A stretch of 56,181 nucleotides of DNA from a virus (IMGVR_UViG_3300021420_000040:1-56181), one strand, 5' to 3'. Positions 46,065-54,991 are shown, numbered from the stretch's first letter. The notes: generated by a model from the letters alone, not told the origin. Made by a program: numbers and translations.

Positions 46065-47050
46065 TTGAATGCCCTCTTCGCTTCCTCGGCTGCGGCTTTG
46101 TAGTGGGGCAGGGCTGCCTTCACCGAGAAGTGCTCGTCGGCAATCTCCCGGCTCCGGCGACTGTATTTCTTGGCCCGATCCTGCCGAGAGAAGCACCACT
46201 CCAAGAATCGGCACATGGCATCGAAGTTTTCAGTGCAAAGTCCGTTGGTGTCGATGTAGTTGGCGTAGTTCAATCCCGGAAGATTCCGAGCCATTACCGG
46301 CATGCCGGCGGCAAGCGCTTCGGTAAAAGAAGTGCAAAGGGGCCGAGCATCCCCTCGGTCGAGATTCACGAATACCCGATACTCGCTGAACATTTCGGCC
46401 ATCTGCTTTCCGGTCTTGAATTCGTTGGCTCCGTCATGGTGGTACATCTTACCCGGGAACTTCTCGGATAGTTTTTCGAACAGGTCAACGCCGCAAGCAT
46501 CCTTCGGACGCCACAGGTCCTTGCCGGCGAGCACGAACAAAGCTGCTTCCTTTGAGCCGGTCCAGGGATTTTGGAACCACCAGTCTCCGACAGGAATGGG
46601 AGCAACTTCTGATTGCGGATATTCGGCTCGCCACGCCGGAAGCGCCGCCGGCATGCCGAGGAGGATCGGCAGATTCTTGATCTTCTCTCGATAGTTCGGA
46701 GGGAGATAGCCGGGATGATCGAACCAACAGACGAACACGATGGTCGGGCATTCGATCCGGTGACAATGGTTCTTCCAGTCGGCGGCGTAATTGAATGTCT
46801 CGACCGATTCGATTAGCAGGTCGAACTTCGAGAAGTCGCATTCACTGTAGGGCTTTTGCTCGAAGGTGATGTCGAGGCCAAGTTCTTTCCATTCGGCTTG
46901 GCGGTCGATAGCACTGGCGAGAGGAAGGATTCTAGGGTCCCAAGTAGATAATTCGTCGCAAGGCGGACCAATCACAGTGAGGCCGGGAAAGATCGAGGCT
47001 AATTTCTCGATCAAAGCAGAGACGCATGGATAGAGGAGCGCAGTCTTCAT
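46061..47050 (-). CDS. GT-B (GT4-like) glycosyltransferase
   Basis: YRVFVN...SFTEALAAGMPV...NG...REIA.EHFS. Confidence 0.8.
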   Translation of the reverse strand: MKTALLYPCVSALIEKLASIFPGLTVIGPPCDELSTWDPRILPLASAIDRQAEWKELGLDITFEQKPYSECDFSKFDLLIESVETFNYAADWKNHCHRIECPTIVFVCWFDHPGYLPPNYREKIKNLPILLGMPAALPAWRAEYPQSEVAPIPVGDWWFQNPWTGSKEAALFVLAGKDLWRPKDACGVDLFEKLSEKFPGKMYHHDGANEFKTGKQMAEMFSEYRVFVNLDRGDARPLCTSFTEALAAGMPVMARNLPGLNYANYIDTNGLCTENFDAMCRFLEWCFSRQDRAKKYSRRSREIADEHFSVKAALPHYKAAAEEAKRAFK

Positions 47051-48408
47051 TAACGGTTCACTGGACGAAGCGAAATATTGTCGGTGATCCATTCATGAAG
47101 GAACTTCCGGGCTTCATGTAATTCCGCCCGCGTCATCGTAGGAATATCCAGTGTGCAGGTGTCCGGGTTCTCGGGGTCAAGTTCCCACATATCAGAGAAG
47201 TTACTTGATGTAATTGTAACACCGAACTTCTCCGGCGCGTTCCAGACCTCGCATCCTGGAAATGGCTGAAAGGTGTGTAGACTGGCGGCGTCGGGGCGTG
47301 CCTTTTCGAGCCAGTCCCGCATTTCGTAAATGGATTCCCAAGTCTCTCCGGGAAATCCTACGAGCAGGTACGCCCTGGTAGCAATACCGGCATCCCTACA
47401 AGTTTTAACGCCTCTCTCGTTGGCCTCGGGCGTGGTGCCCTTGTTCATCGCCTTCAGCATTCGGGCCGACCCGTGCTCGACTCCGAATCCAAGTTCCGTG
47501 CAGCCGAGCCTAGCCAAATCACGGAATAGTTCCGGGTCGAACAGGTTCACCCGGCTCCAACCCCGCCACAGCATCCCGTAGTCATGAAACAGAGACGCTA
47601 GTTCTCGGCATCGCTTGGCTTTGATGGTAAGTACGTCGTCCCAGACTCGGAGGGCAGTAACTCCGAGTTCGGCAAGGGCTTTGACTTCCGCCTCGATTTG
47701 CGCGAAGGTTTCTTCTCGGAGCTTGGTTCGGGCGTCGGCGCAGAAGGAGCATCCGTAGGGACATCCTCGGGCGGTCCAGAGGGAACCGATGGTTCGTTCT
47801 GCGACATCAATGGACTTTCCATGTATGGAAGCAATTTGTAGTCCTCCTGTCGAGTAATTCTGCCACAGGTCATAGGCCGGCAGCTTCATCTTCGTCACAT
47901 CGGGCAGTGGTGGTGATGGAAGGTGCTGCATCCCGAATGGATTGAACCAAGTAATGCCGGGAATCTTGGTCAGGTCGGAGCCGGCATCGAAGGCGTTACA
48001 GAACTGGACGAACGATTCTTCGCACTCTCCGGTCATCAGGAAGTCGAAGCCTTCGAAATACTTCTTCTGCTTGAACTGGGCGTGCGGCCCTTCGATGATG
48101 TAAGTCACATGAGGACCGCCGGCGACTTTTACCTTTGCCGGCCAGAGCGCTGCCAGTTGCCCGCCGAACTCGGCATTCGGAGTGACAATCGAGACGCCTA
48201 GGATGTCGCAGGGTTCGAGCAGGTCGGGATCGACGCGCAGCTTGTTTGCCTCTGCATCAAAGGTGCTTAGTTTGTGGCAGTCTACAATTTTTACCGAATG
48301 ACCGGCCTCGCGGACCGCCGAAGCGAGGTACAAAATTCCAAGAGAAGCGTGCAGGCTCGGATTGAACAAAGAAAATGACGGTCCTCCGGTCAGAATGACT
48401 TTAGCCAT
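47050..48408 (-). CDS. B12-binding radical SAM enzyme (class B methyltransferase-like)
   Basis: LGILYLAS, AGGPHVT, RGCPYGCSFC, GVEHGS..MLKAMNKG, LVGFPGET. Confidence 0.92.
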   Translation of the reverse strand: MAKVILTGGPSFSLFNPSLHASLGILYLASAVREAGHSVKIVDCHKLSTFDAEANKLRVDPDLLEPCDILGVSIVTPNAEFGGQLAALWPAKVKVAGGPHVTYIIEGPHAQFKQKKYFEGFDFLMTGECEESFVQFCNAFDAGSDLTKIPGITWFNPFGMQHLPSPPLPDVTKMKLPAYDLWQNYSTGGLQIASIHGKSIDVAERTIGSLWTARGCPYGCSFCADARTKLREETFAQIEAEVKALAELGVTALRVWDDVLTIKAKRCRELASLFHDYGMLWRGWSRVNLFDPELFRDLARLGCTELGFGVEHGSARMLKAMNKGTTPEANERGVKTCRDAGIATRAYLLVGFPGETWESIYEMRDWLEKARPDAASLHTFQPFPGCEVWNAPEKFGVTITSSNFSDMWELDPENPDTCTLDIPTMTRAELHEARKFLHEWITDNISLRPVNR

Positions 48409-48586
48409 GCGCCCTCCGACGAGCTACTAGTGCTCCCGTTGCCGGCGTGGGGTCAAGCCTAGAGGCAGAAGTTATCGTCGGCGTTTTCAGGAGCACTAAT
48501 AGATCGTCGAACGAGTCGGCGCGCACATAGTCATTGTCACTGATGAAGACCCAGCGCGACTTGAACCGATAGATTTTAGCCTTCAC
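48401..48586 (-). CDS. Hypothetical protein
   Basis: Fills the gap between coupled genes. Confidence 0.45.
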   Translation of the reverse strand: MKAKIYRFKSRWVFISDNDYVRADSFDDLLVLLKTPTITSASRLDPTPATGALVARRRAHG

Positions 48587-49338
48587 GCTTTAACTGCCTT
48601 CACGAGAATGTGATGGCCGAGATAGCGCTCGAACCACTCTTCGGGGATGATGTTCCAAGGGAAGGCTTTCCGATAACGGTGCTGCCGATATTTCTTAATT
48701 CGCCACGGGAAGATGTGGCGCTTCTCGATGCTGGTTACCCGGAATCCCGAAGACTCGACCAAGCGCTTCGCCTCCCGCATAGAATACCACCGAACGAGCG
48801 GACAACCGGCACTCGCTTCGGGCTGCCGACGGAATAGGTGCTTGAGAGAGTATTTGGCGTAGAGCATGATCCGAAGCTCGCCCGAATGCTTCAGATATTT
48901 ATGCGCGTTCTGCAAAACGGTTTCGGGATGCGGTGTGTGGTGCAGGACTCCGAAAGAATAAACCAGGTCAAAGGGAACAGCCGATTGTTCCTGCTCCAAC
49001 TCTCCATTGGAGTAAGCCAAGAAGAATTGTGCGTTCCCGAGGCGGCCAATTAGCTCCCGTCTTGTCCTAGCCAACCGAATGCTCTCCATGGAAGCGTCGG
49101 TGCCAACGACCATAGCGCCAGCACGAGCAAACTCAATAGCGTCTGTCCCGATGCCACAACCAATCTCCAGAACGTACTTCCCTCTCCATCTCGGGAAGTC
49201 GGCGAACTCCCGGATATGCGGCTGCACGAAATAGCGCTGGGCCGAAATCTGCTGACTCCACCACATCGAGCCGACGGGAGCGGTGCCGTGCCACGCCTCG
49301 CAGGGAGCCTTGTCCCAGAAGTCAGCTATCTCACTCAT
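48583..49338 (-). CDS. Class I SAM-dependent methyltransferase
   Basis: VLEIGCGIG, FDLVYSFGVLHHTP. Confidence 0.9.
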   Translation of the reverse strand: MSEIADFWDKAPCEAWHGTAPVGSMWWSQQISAQRYFVQPHIREFADFPRWRGKYVLEIGCGIGTDAIEFARAGAMVVGTDASMESIRLARTRRELIGRLGNAQFFLAYSNGELEQEQSAVPFDLVYSFGVLHHTPHPETVLQNAHKYLKHSGELRIMLYAKYSLKHLFRRQPEASAGCPLVRWYSMREAKRLVESSGFRVTSIEKRHIFPWRIKKYRQHRYRKAFPWNIIPEEWFERYLGHHILVKAVKA

Positions 49339-50125
49339 CGGAGACCATTCTGTTGATCTTGTCGGCAGCTTCGGAGAGATGGGCCTTGATGCCGGAACGC
49401 GCGGCAACAAACTGGAAGTTGCGATTGTCGCGGGGAAGGCACGGACCCGAATAGGGCCATCCGGGAGTGAGGTAGGCATTGCCGATGCGCGGGTCCGTGC
49501 CGACGGCCTCCATGATCTTTTTCGAACTTGCTCCCAGTTTCTCGGCCACGAGGTGCAACTGATTGGCGAGAGAAATCTTCATGGTCAGGGCGCAATTGAG
49601 GGTGATCTTGGCCAGTTCGGCTTCGAGGAGCGACATACGCTTGACCGGAACCTGGGCAATAAGGCTGTAGATGATCTCAGCGCGGTCACCCGCAGCCTTA
49701 CACCCCTCTCCGATCAGAATGAAGGCCGGATCGAGCAAATCCCGATCCACAAACTCTAATCGAATGAATTCGGGCTTGTAGACGATGTTATCCCCGACGA
49801 TCTGCCGAAACTCGTCGCAGCTTCCCGGCGTGGTGGTCGAAGTCACGATGTAGAGGTAGTCCTTTCGGTTATGGAGCCGAACGGCATCTCGGAACTGGGT
49901 TAGGGCGTCAACGAGATGGGCATTCGAGAAGGAGCCATCGGGGAGCGAGGGCGTCTGCACGATGAAGATGCAGGCGTCGGACTGATCTACCGCTTGGCTG
50001 ATCGAGACTTCCGAGACCGCCGGCACATGGTCATAGCCGACGGCCCGGAAGCCCTTTTGCCGAAGCATAGCGAGGATCGGCCTGCCGACCTTGCCGAGTC
50101 CGCACACGCAGAGGCGTTCACTCAT
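49331..50125 (-). CDS. UDP-glucose/GDP-mannose dehydrogenase family, C-terminally short
   Basis: GLGKVG, VQTP, STTTPG, PEFI, AELAK, DPRIG, GPCLPRD. Confidence 0.88.
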   Translation of the reverse strand: MSERLCVCGLGKVGRPILAMLRQKGFRAVGYDHVPAVSEVSISQAVDQSDACIFIVQTPSLPDGSFSNAHLVDALTQFRDAVRLHNRKDYLYIVTSTTTPGSCDEFRQIVGDNIVYKPEFIRLEFVDRDLLDPAFILIGEGCKAAGDRAEIIYSLIAQVPVKRMSLLEAELAKITLNCALTMKISLANQLHLVAEKLGASSKKIMEAVGTDPRIGNAYLTPGWPYSGPCLPRDNRNFQFVAARSGIKAHLSEAADKINRMVSDE

Positions 50126-50384
50126 TGGAAATTGAGCATCGGCGAGAATGATTCCATTCTATCATTCGATTACAAAGAGCATAGAGAAACCATCCTGTCC
50201 ACCAAATGATAGGAAAGAAAATCATAAATAATCCCCAGTATGCCGCCAAATTACACATTTATGCCTCCGATCACTTTCTTCAGCTTCACATCATGGCACC
50301 GGCACGAACAGTTCAGCTTGAAACACTTGGCATGGTCCCGTTTCCGGCAGGCTGCCGACCGCTGGACCGGGGTGGGCCGCCGGC

Positions 50385-50562
50385 TCAATACTTTTCGTCC
50401 TTGTGCCGGAAACTCGTCCCTCGGATGTACCCTCGAATCTCCCTCAAATCCTGGCACGACCGGCACATACATTCCTGCCAGACCGACTCATCCGTGTGCT
50501 TTTCGACCTCTTTGTACTCCCGGTGCAGGTAGCCAAGCCCCTTATCCTCATCGGTCATATCC
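50385..50562 (-). CDS. Small hypothetical protein (start approximate)
   Basis: GGAGG RBS; CMCRSC motif. Confidence 0.45.
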
Positions 50563-50748
50563 ATCCTCCATCCACTGCTCAATGCGAGGCCAGCAAAAGC
50601 GAACCAACCTTCCAACCTTGAAATGTGGCAGCGGTCGAGGCGCTCGCTTCCGAGTCAATTGGTAGACCTTCCTGGTCAATTCGTCGTCGTTCTTCGCAGG
50701 AATCTTTAGGCGCTTACCTACCTCAACCGCGTCTAGAATTTCGGTCAT
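50548..50748 (-). CDS. Excisionase-like HTH protein
   Basis: ILDAVEVGKRL...VYQL...LPHFKVGRLVRF...IEQWM. Confidence 0.75.
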   Translation of the reverse strand: MTEILDAVEVGKRLKIPAKNDDELTRKVYQLTRKRAPRPLPHFKVGRLVRFCWPRIEQWMEDGYDR

Positions 50749-51068
50749 CGCCATCCTCCACAATTGCACCCCGTTTCCGTACAACACCCAAGCGTTCCCC
50801 GGTGGGCGGATTTACCGTGCCTACAGTACGAACACCGGGTTGCCGCCAAAGGCTTATCGGGCACAGACTCCCGTCCCTCATCACTACGAACCTTTCGGTC
50901 CCGAGACACGTACGGTACTCGATGATGTATTTCAACGCCTTCCTTCGGGCCGGCTGCACTCAGCTTCTCCACCGCAAGCTCTTTCAGCGTCACGCCCCGT
51001 TCAACCGCTTCCGTCTTTAACCGCTTCAGAAGCTCGGGGTCTACATCTCGGATATTCAAATCTGGCAT
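50745..51068 (-). CDS. Ribbon-helix-helix regulator with Cys/His tail
   Basis: LNIRDVDPELLKRLKTEA..RGVTL; CSYCRH...H...C...CNC. Confidence 0.75.
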   Translation of the reverse strand: MPDLNIRDVDPELLKRLKTEAVERGVTLKELAVEKLSAAGPKEGVEIHHRVPYVSRDRKVRSDEGRESVPDKPLAATRCSYCRHGKSAHRGTLGCCTETGCNCGGWR

Positions 51069-51118
51069 GCTGTGTACTCTGTCACAGGTGTTACAGGCGT
51101 GTCAAGGGGAATGTGACA
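51069..51118 (-). promoter_or_regulatory. Promoter with TGTNACA operator-like boxes
   Basis: TTGACA on the minus strand; tgtcaca, tgttaca and tgtgaca boxes directly upstream of the RHH gene. Confidence 0.55.
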
Positions 51119-51491
51119 TCGGAAGTAACTAAGCTGCTTTGTTTAAGACCCGCCCCACAGAATTGAGGTAGGCCCGGTGGATGTCAGTGCGCCCGGAGTC
51201 GCCTGAGAGAACCCTGGCTCGCCGTTTCGCCGATGGGTCCCCGTCTTTCTTCGAAGTAAACGCATTAGAACATTATCAGACACGAACGCGCAAACCTTTC
51301 ATCGTCAATGCGTTGAGAGTGAGCTAGCTTTCGTCCCGTTGCCTTTCTCGCTCCGTGCGCGTCTTTCACTCACATCCCGAGCCCGTTTCGTGCTACGTTT
51401 CCGTTCCTCCGTGTCGAAGCGCCTCGATACCCGACTTCTAAAACCATACTTTCGCACTGAAAAGAAAAGAGTTCCGCGCTGGCCTAAACGA

Positions 51492-51734
51492 ATGCACGCC
51501 AGCCGCCGCAATCTCGTTCTCATCTTGCTTGCTCCCGATCGCGCTACGCTCCGTGGCCTTGCTCATCGCACTGGAATGAGTGTTTCCGGGCTCTGGAAGG
51601 TCCTCCGTGGCAAGGCAAAGCCGTCTTTGCGCTCTGCAAGGCTTATTGCGCGTGCATTGGGGGTTTCCACCGATACGTTCGTCGATGTTCTAGAAGCGTA
51701 TGTCTGGCCGAAGACGGAAAAGCCTATCGAATGA
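51492..51734 (+). CDS. XRE-family HTH regulator
   Basis: TLRGLAHRTGMSVSGLWKVLRGKAKPSL..ARLIARALGVS. Confidence 0.8.
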   Translation: MHASRRNLVLILLAPDRATLRGLAHRTGMSVSGLWKVLRGKAKPSLRSARLIARALGVSTDTFVDVLEAYVWPKTEKPIE

Positions 51735-51751
51735 GTTGCATCCGATAGGCT
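51721..51751. terminator. Hairpin between convergent genes
   Basis: agcctatcg...cgataggct. Confidence 0.5.
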
Positions 51752-51861
51752 TATTCCGAAGTGTCGAAGTGTGAGTGAGTTAGCGTCTATCGTCGGATTG
51801 CAATCGAAGAACGAGACCGATTACTCCGACGTAGAGAGTCAAAAGCCATGCCATGAACATG

Positions 51862-52347
51862 TTAGTTGACCGTTTCCTTTCCGCGCTTCGGCGATAGAAG
51901 CGCCGTTATTAGCGCGTCTATGCCGATTGATTCCTTGAGCGTATCGTCAAGACCGGGATCGTCTTTGTACGAATCGAGATTGCGCTTTGCTTGTGCTTCG
52001 TCAATCCCAGGGTCAATCTCCCGCGCTATGTCCCATGCTTCTGATTCGCTGGCAATTACCGCTTCTGCCGGTTTTTCTGTCCACTTGTTCCCACGAGGTT
52101 TTGACCGAGGGTCCGCAAGCCAAGCCTCTGTCCCTGCAAGACTTCCGACCACATGTCCCAGTTCATGCGCGAGACTTGTGCGGAGTGAAAGTGGCGTGTT
52201 TTCTGCCAGTTCATCCGGCACTATCTCCAATCGGAACATCATTACTGGGATTCCATCTGGCATTTCGAATTGCTCGTGCTGTGTGACCGACGCCGTAGGC
52301 TTTGCTTCGGGGTCAATCTCCACGAAAATAACTGCTCTTTTCTTCAT
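51862..52347 (-). CDS. HExxH metallopeptidase-like protein (ImmA/IrrE-like)
   Basis: LAHELGHV...E.EAW. Confidence 0.7.
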   Translation of the reverse strand: MKKRAVIFVEIDPEAKPTASVTQHEQFEMPDGIPVMMFRLEIVPDELAENTPLSLRTSLAHELGHVVGSLAGTEAWLADPRSKPRGNKWTEKPAEAVIASESEAWDIAREIDPGIDEAQAKRNLDSYKDDPGLDDTLKESIGIDALITALLSPKRGKETVN

Positions 52348-52422
52348 CGGTTTAATCTCCTCTGTGTGACGCGTTGAGCGCGTCCGCCGGGCATCCATTT
52401 CGGGATACCCGGAAGTGTGCTC

Positions 52423-52635
52423 TTACGTATCGAGCGGGTCCGCCATTGTATCGGCGAGCGCGTATCCGAGTGCCTCTGCAACCCTTTCCATTGCAAGGCT
52501 AAACGGCACGAGCTCGCCCGTAAAAACCATCACCGCAAAAACCGCTCCAAGCGCGGCTAAAACAATCACTGCGCGGACAGTGAAAGCCTTAACCCGACGC
52601 ATGCAGCGCTTCCCGCATTCAATGGCGCGCTTCAT
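52423..52635 (-). CDS. Small membrane protein
   Basis: ATGA overlap; one TM helix. Confidence 0.5.
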   Translation of the reverse strand: MKRAIECGKRCMRRVKAFTVRAVIVLAALGAVFAVMVFTGELVPFSLAMERVAEALGYALADTMADPLDT

Positions 52636-52850
52636 CCCTCGGTTATCCCATCCGAAGAACGCACGTCCATCTGTGCCGAAAAATACGGGCAAGATTGACC
52701 CGCGAATCCTCCGTAAGTGTTTGTCTGCCATTCCGATAACCGAGGCGCAAGGTAGGCCGCGTACCATGCGCTCCAGTCTTCCGCCGGCATGCCGGAAGCC
52801 TTATGCTCTTTCTCGCAATCCTCAAGCAACCGCTTCAACAGTTGAACCAT
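52632..52850 (-). CDS. Hypothetical protein
   Basis: GAGGAG RBS; DWSAWYAAYL. Confidence 0.6.
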   Translation of the reverse strand: MVQLLKRLLEDCEKEHKASGMPAEDWSAWYAAYLAPRLSEWQTNTYGGFAGQSCPYFSAQMDVRSSDGITEG

Positions 52851-53226
52851 TCGCGTTACTCCTCTCTGTGTTTGTCCACTTGCTGGTAATCTGTGCTCCG
52901 TTTGATCCGAGAATGCAGCATTCGACTAACTGAACCTCGATACCCTCCGAAAGTAGAGTTTGGGCAAGCTCTTTCGCGGCTGTTAATGCCATCAATTCGC
53001 AAGAGATAGCATCCCATTCCGGAGCCTTGTGTCCGAAACGGTTATCGAAGTAGTTTTGCACCCGTTCATTGTTGAATAGGAAACCCTCTGGACTCAGGCG
53101 CGTGTCCAGCGCTTCGATTCGAACAAAGTACGGGTAGACTTTCGTGGCCATGGCTGCACACTTGTGCGCGTTTGGCTTCATGGTCGAAGCCTTGAAATGC
53201 CCGCTGCGACTAAGACTCAGAAGCAT
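52822..53226 (-). CDS. Divergent QueD/PTPS-like T-fold protein (tentative)
   Basis: F.AS...H.C...Y...V.I...L...GFL......SCE.MA...L...V pattern parallels QueD, but HGH is missing. Confidence 0.45.
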   Translation of the reverse strand: MLLSLSRSGHFKASTMKPNAHKCAAMATKVYPYFVRIEALDTRLSPEGFLFNNERVQNYFDNRFGHKAPEWDAISCELMALTAAKELAQTLLSEGIEVQLVECCILGSNGAQITSKWTNTERSNANGSTVEAVA

Positions 53227-53428
53227 GCACGAAACCTCCCTCAATCAACTGTTTGGCCATCCGCCCATAGGACCCTTGCAGACTCCACGCTAGTCCGGAA
53301 TCTACAAGGTGCTGGAAGAGTTCGATTGTTTCAGGTCCGGAGAGTTCTCCATTTTCATAGGCGATAATCTGGCCTACGGTATCGAACGGTTTCGGTTGCC
53401 ACGTTCCGACGGGTTTGGCTTTCATCAT
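53210..53428 (-). CDS. Small conserved-looking phage early protein
   Basis: IIAYENGEL...LFQHLVDSGLAWSLQGSYGR. Confidence 0.7.
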   Translation of the reverse strand: MMKAKPVGTWQPKPFDTVGQIIAYENGELSGPETIELFQHLVDSGLAWSLQGSYGRMAKQLIEGGFVHASES

Positions 53429-53670
53429 TCCCCCATCAATTCGTCGGAATTGGGATACCCGTCTTCGCACATTGCCTCATCGGGGTTATCATCCGCCCCA
53501 CATGCGTCTTTGCCTTCGAACGAGACACGCAATCCCTGCCGGATGGCGTCCTGATATTCGCGTTCCGGGTAGATGGGTACTTCTCCCGGACCATGAAACA
53601 AACTCGAATTCAGGAAGTTTTTCCCTGCCGAAGTAATGGTTCTGTTGTGCGTAAAGTGTAGATCGAACAT
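53425..53670 (-). CDS. Hypothetical protein, first gene of the leftward early operon
   Basis: GAGGAG RBS behind a promoter. Confidence 0.65.
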   Translation of the reverse strand: MFDLHFTHNRTITSAGKNFLNSSLFHGPGEVPIYPEREYQDAIRQGLRVSFEGKDACGADDNPDEAMCEDGYPNSDELMGE

Positions 53671-53725
53671 AGGTTTTTAATCTCCTCTGTGTTGAGATTG
53701 CGCGGATTCTTTCCCGCGTGCGGAT

Positions 53726-53754
53726 AAGATGCGCCAAGTCGTGAAAAGTGTCAA
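53726..53754 (-). promoter_or_regulatory. Leftward early promoter
   Basis: TTGACA-17-CATCTT. Confidence 0.65.
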
Positions 53755-53840
53755 ATGTTTTTTGTGCCTTGTGTAACTACTTGTGCAATGAAATTATTAC
53801 CGCGTCAAAATAGCCACGGTAAGAATTACACACTTCCCAC

Positions 53841-53869
53841 TTGACAGGTGACTGTGTATAAATTACACT
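53841..53869 (+). promoter_or_regulatory. Rightward early promoter with overlapping palindrome
   Basis: TTGACA-17-TACACT; GTGTA-N5-TACAC overlaps the -10. Confidence 0.75.
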
Positions 53870-53875
53870 GTCCCC

Positions 53876-53940
53876 GTTGTTAGTTGCTCCTCTGTGTAGG
53901 AAGCGCGAAGTTCAAGACTCGGGACGGGCTTCGCGCTTCC
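53876..53940 (+). ncRNA. Candidate antisense/leader RNA with anti-RBS seed and 12-bp hairpin
   Basis: CTCCTCTGTGT at 53887-53897; stem 53899-53910 with 53929-53940. Confidence 0.5.
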
Positions 53941-54067
53941 GAAATTCCCAAGGAAACGTGCAGTGCACGAGGAGTCTATGGAAATCGGTAGCCAAAAATG
54001 CAGGATGATTTTTCAGTTTCGGAAATCCAAAATCGCGGCCCGAAATTGAAATTCGAGAAATAGCCTA

Positions 54068-54511
54068 ATGCCGCAAATTGCTCGACCATGCCGGAAGAGC
54101 GAAAAAGGGAGAATCACGAAAATGAAAGTTGGAAGATATCCGAAGTTTCTGAAGCCAGGTGAGCCGACACCGTCGCAGGCTAAATTTGTCTGCAAGACGT
54201 GTAATCAATGGTTTGCTTCGACGACTGGAAAGAATGGACATTTACTTCGGGAGCCGGGCCACGTCCTAGTCAGCCCACACACAGGCAGAGAGTTCACTAA
54301 AGCTGGGTCGATTGGCCGACCGCTCCGAAAGGGCGACGTGCCTTCCAATGGCCATCAAGTGCTCGATGCCACTGCCCGAGACTTGCTCCTCGACTACATC
54401 CTCGGGAAAGCCAAAGAGGAACTGAACGCCGAATTGGAACGCATGTTCCGGGAACTCAAGAGCCAACCCATTCCAGCGAAAGGGCCACGTAGAACTTACG
54501 TGGCAAGGTAA
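54068..54511 (+). CDS. C2H2-type zinc finger protein
   Basis: FVCKTCNQWF.S..GKNGHL....H. Confidence 0.6.
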   Translation: MPQIARPCRKSEKGRITKMKVGRYPKFLKPGEPTPSQAKFVCKTCNQWFASTTGKNGHLLREPGHVLVSPHTGREFTKAGSIGRPLRKGDVPSNGHQVLDATARDLLLDYILGKAKEELNAELERMFRELKSQPIPAKGPRRTYVAR

Positions 54512-54517
54512 CCTCCG

Positions 54518-54976
54518 ATGCCCAGCAAACTGAACCAGTTCCCGCACTCACTCGCCATTGTCCGAAAATACTTCCCGAAAGTGAAGGAAGTCGAGGAAGC
54601 CGAAAAACCGATTACCGTCGAGGTCACCGCGCAAGATTCCAAGTCCTCCGCTGTTCGCAACCATGACTCTTGCGCTATGGCGGTTGCCTGCAAGCGCAAA
54701 GCGCATGCCGATGGAGTGATTGTATCCATCGGAATCGCTTACATCATCAAGGGAGAAGTGGCCACCCGCTATGCCGTACCACCGGCGATTCAGCGGGAGA
54801 TCGTTTCCTTTGACCGCGAAGCCGGCTTTGCTCCCGGAGAATATAAACTGAATCCGATGAGACCAAGCAAGCGGCTCGGGGAAACAAGACCACGCACCCA
54901 TACCGTCACTGGCAAGAAACAGCCGCCGCCCCATTTAACTTCCGGCATTCGGACGGTGCTTGGATCGAAGGAATAG
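54518..54976 (+). CDS. Hypothetical protein
   Basis: 152 aa ORF with coding-like codon use. Confidence 0.65.
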   Translation: MPSKLNQFPHSLAIVRKYFPKVKEVEEAEKPITVEVTAQDSKSSAVRNHDSCAMAVACKRKAHADGVIVSIGIAYIIKGEVATRYAVPPAIQREIVSFDREAGFAPGEYKLNPMRPSKRLGETRPRTHTVTGKKQPPPHLTSGIRTVLGSKE

Positions 54977-54991
54977 CTAGGGAGGCCGACT

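Noticed and set aside
50548-50748. Integration module implied by the excisionase-like gene
   Set aside because: No tyrosine or serine recombinase or att-like site recognised
52822-53226. 7-deazaguanine DNA modification pathway
   Set aside because: No folE, queC, queE or dpdA-like genes recognised
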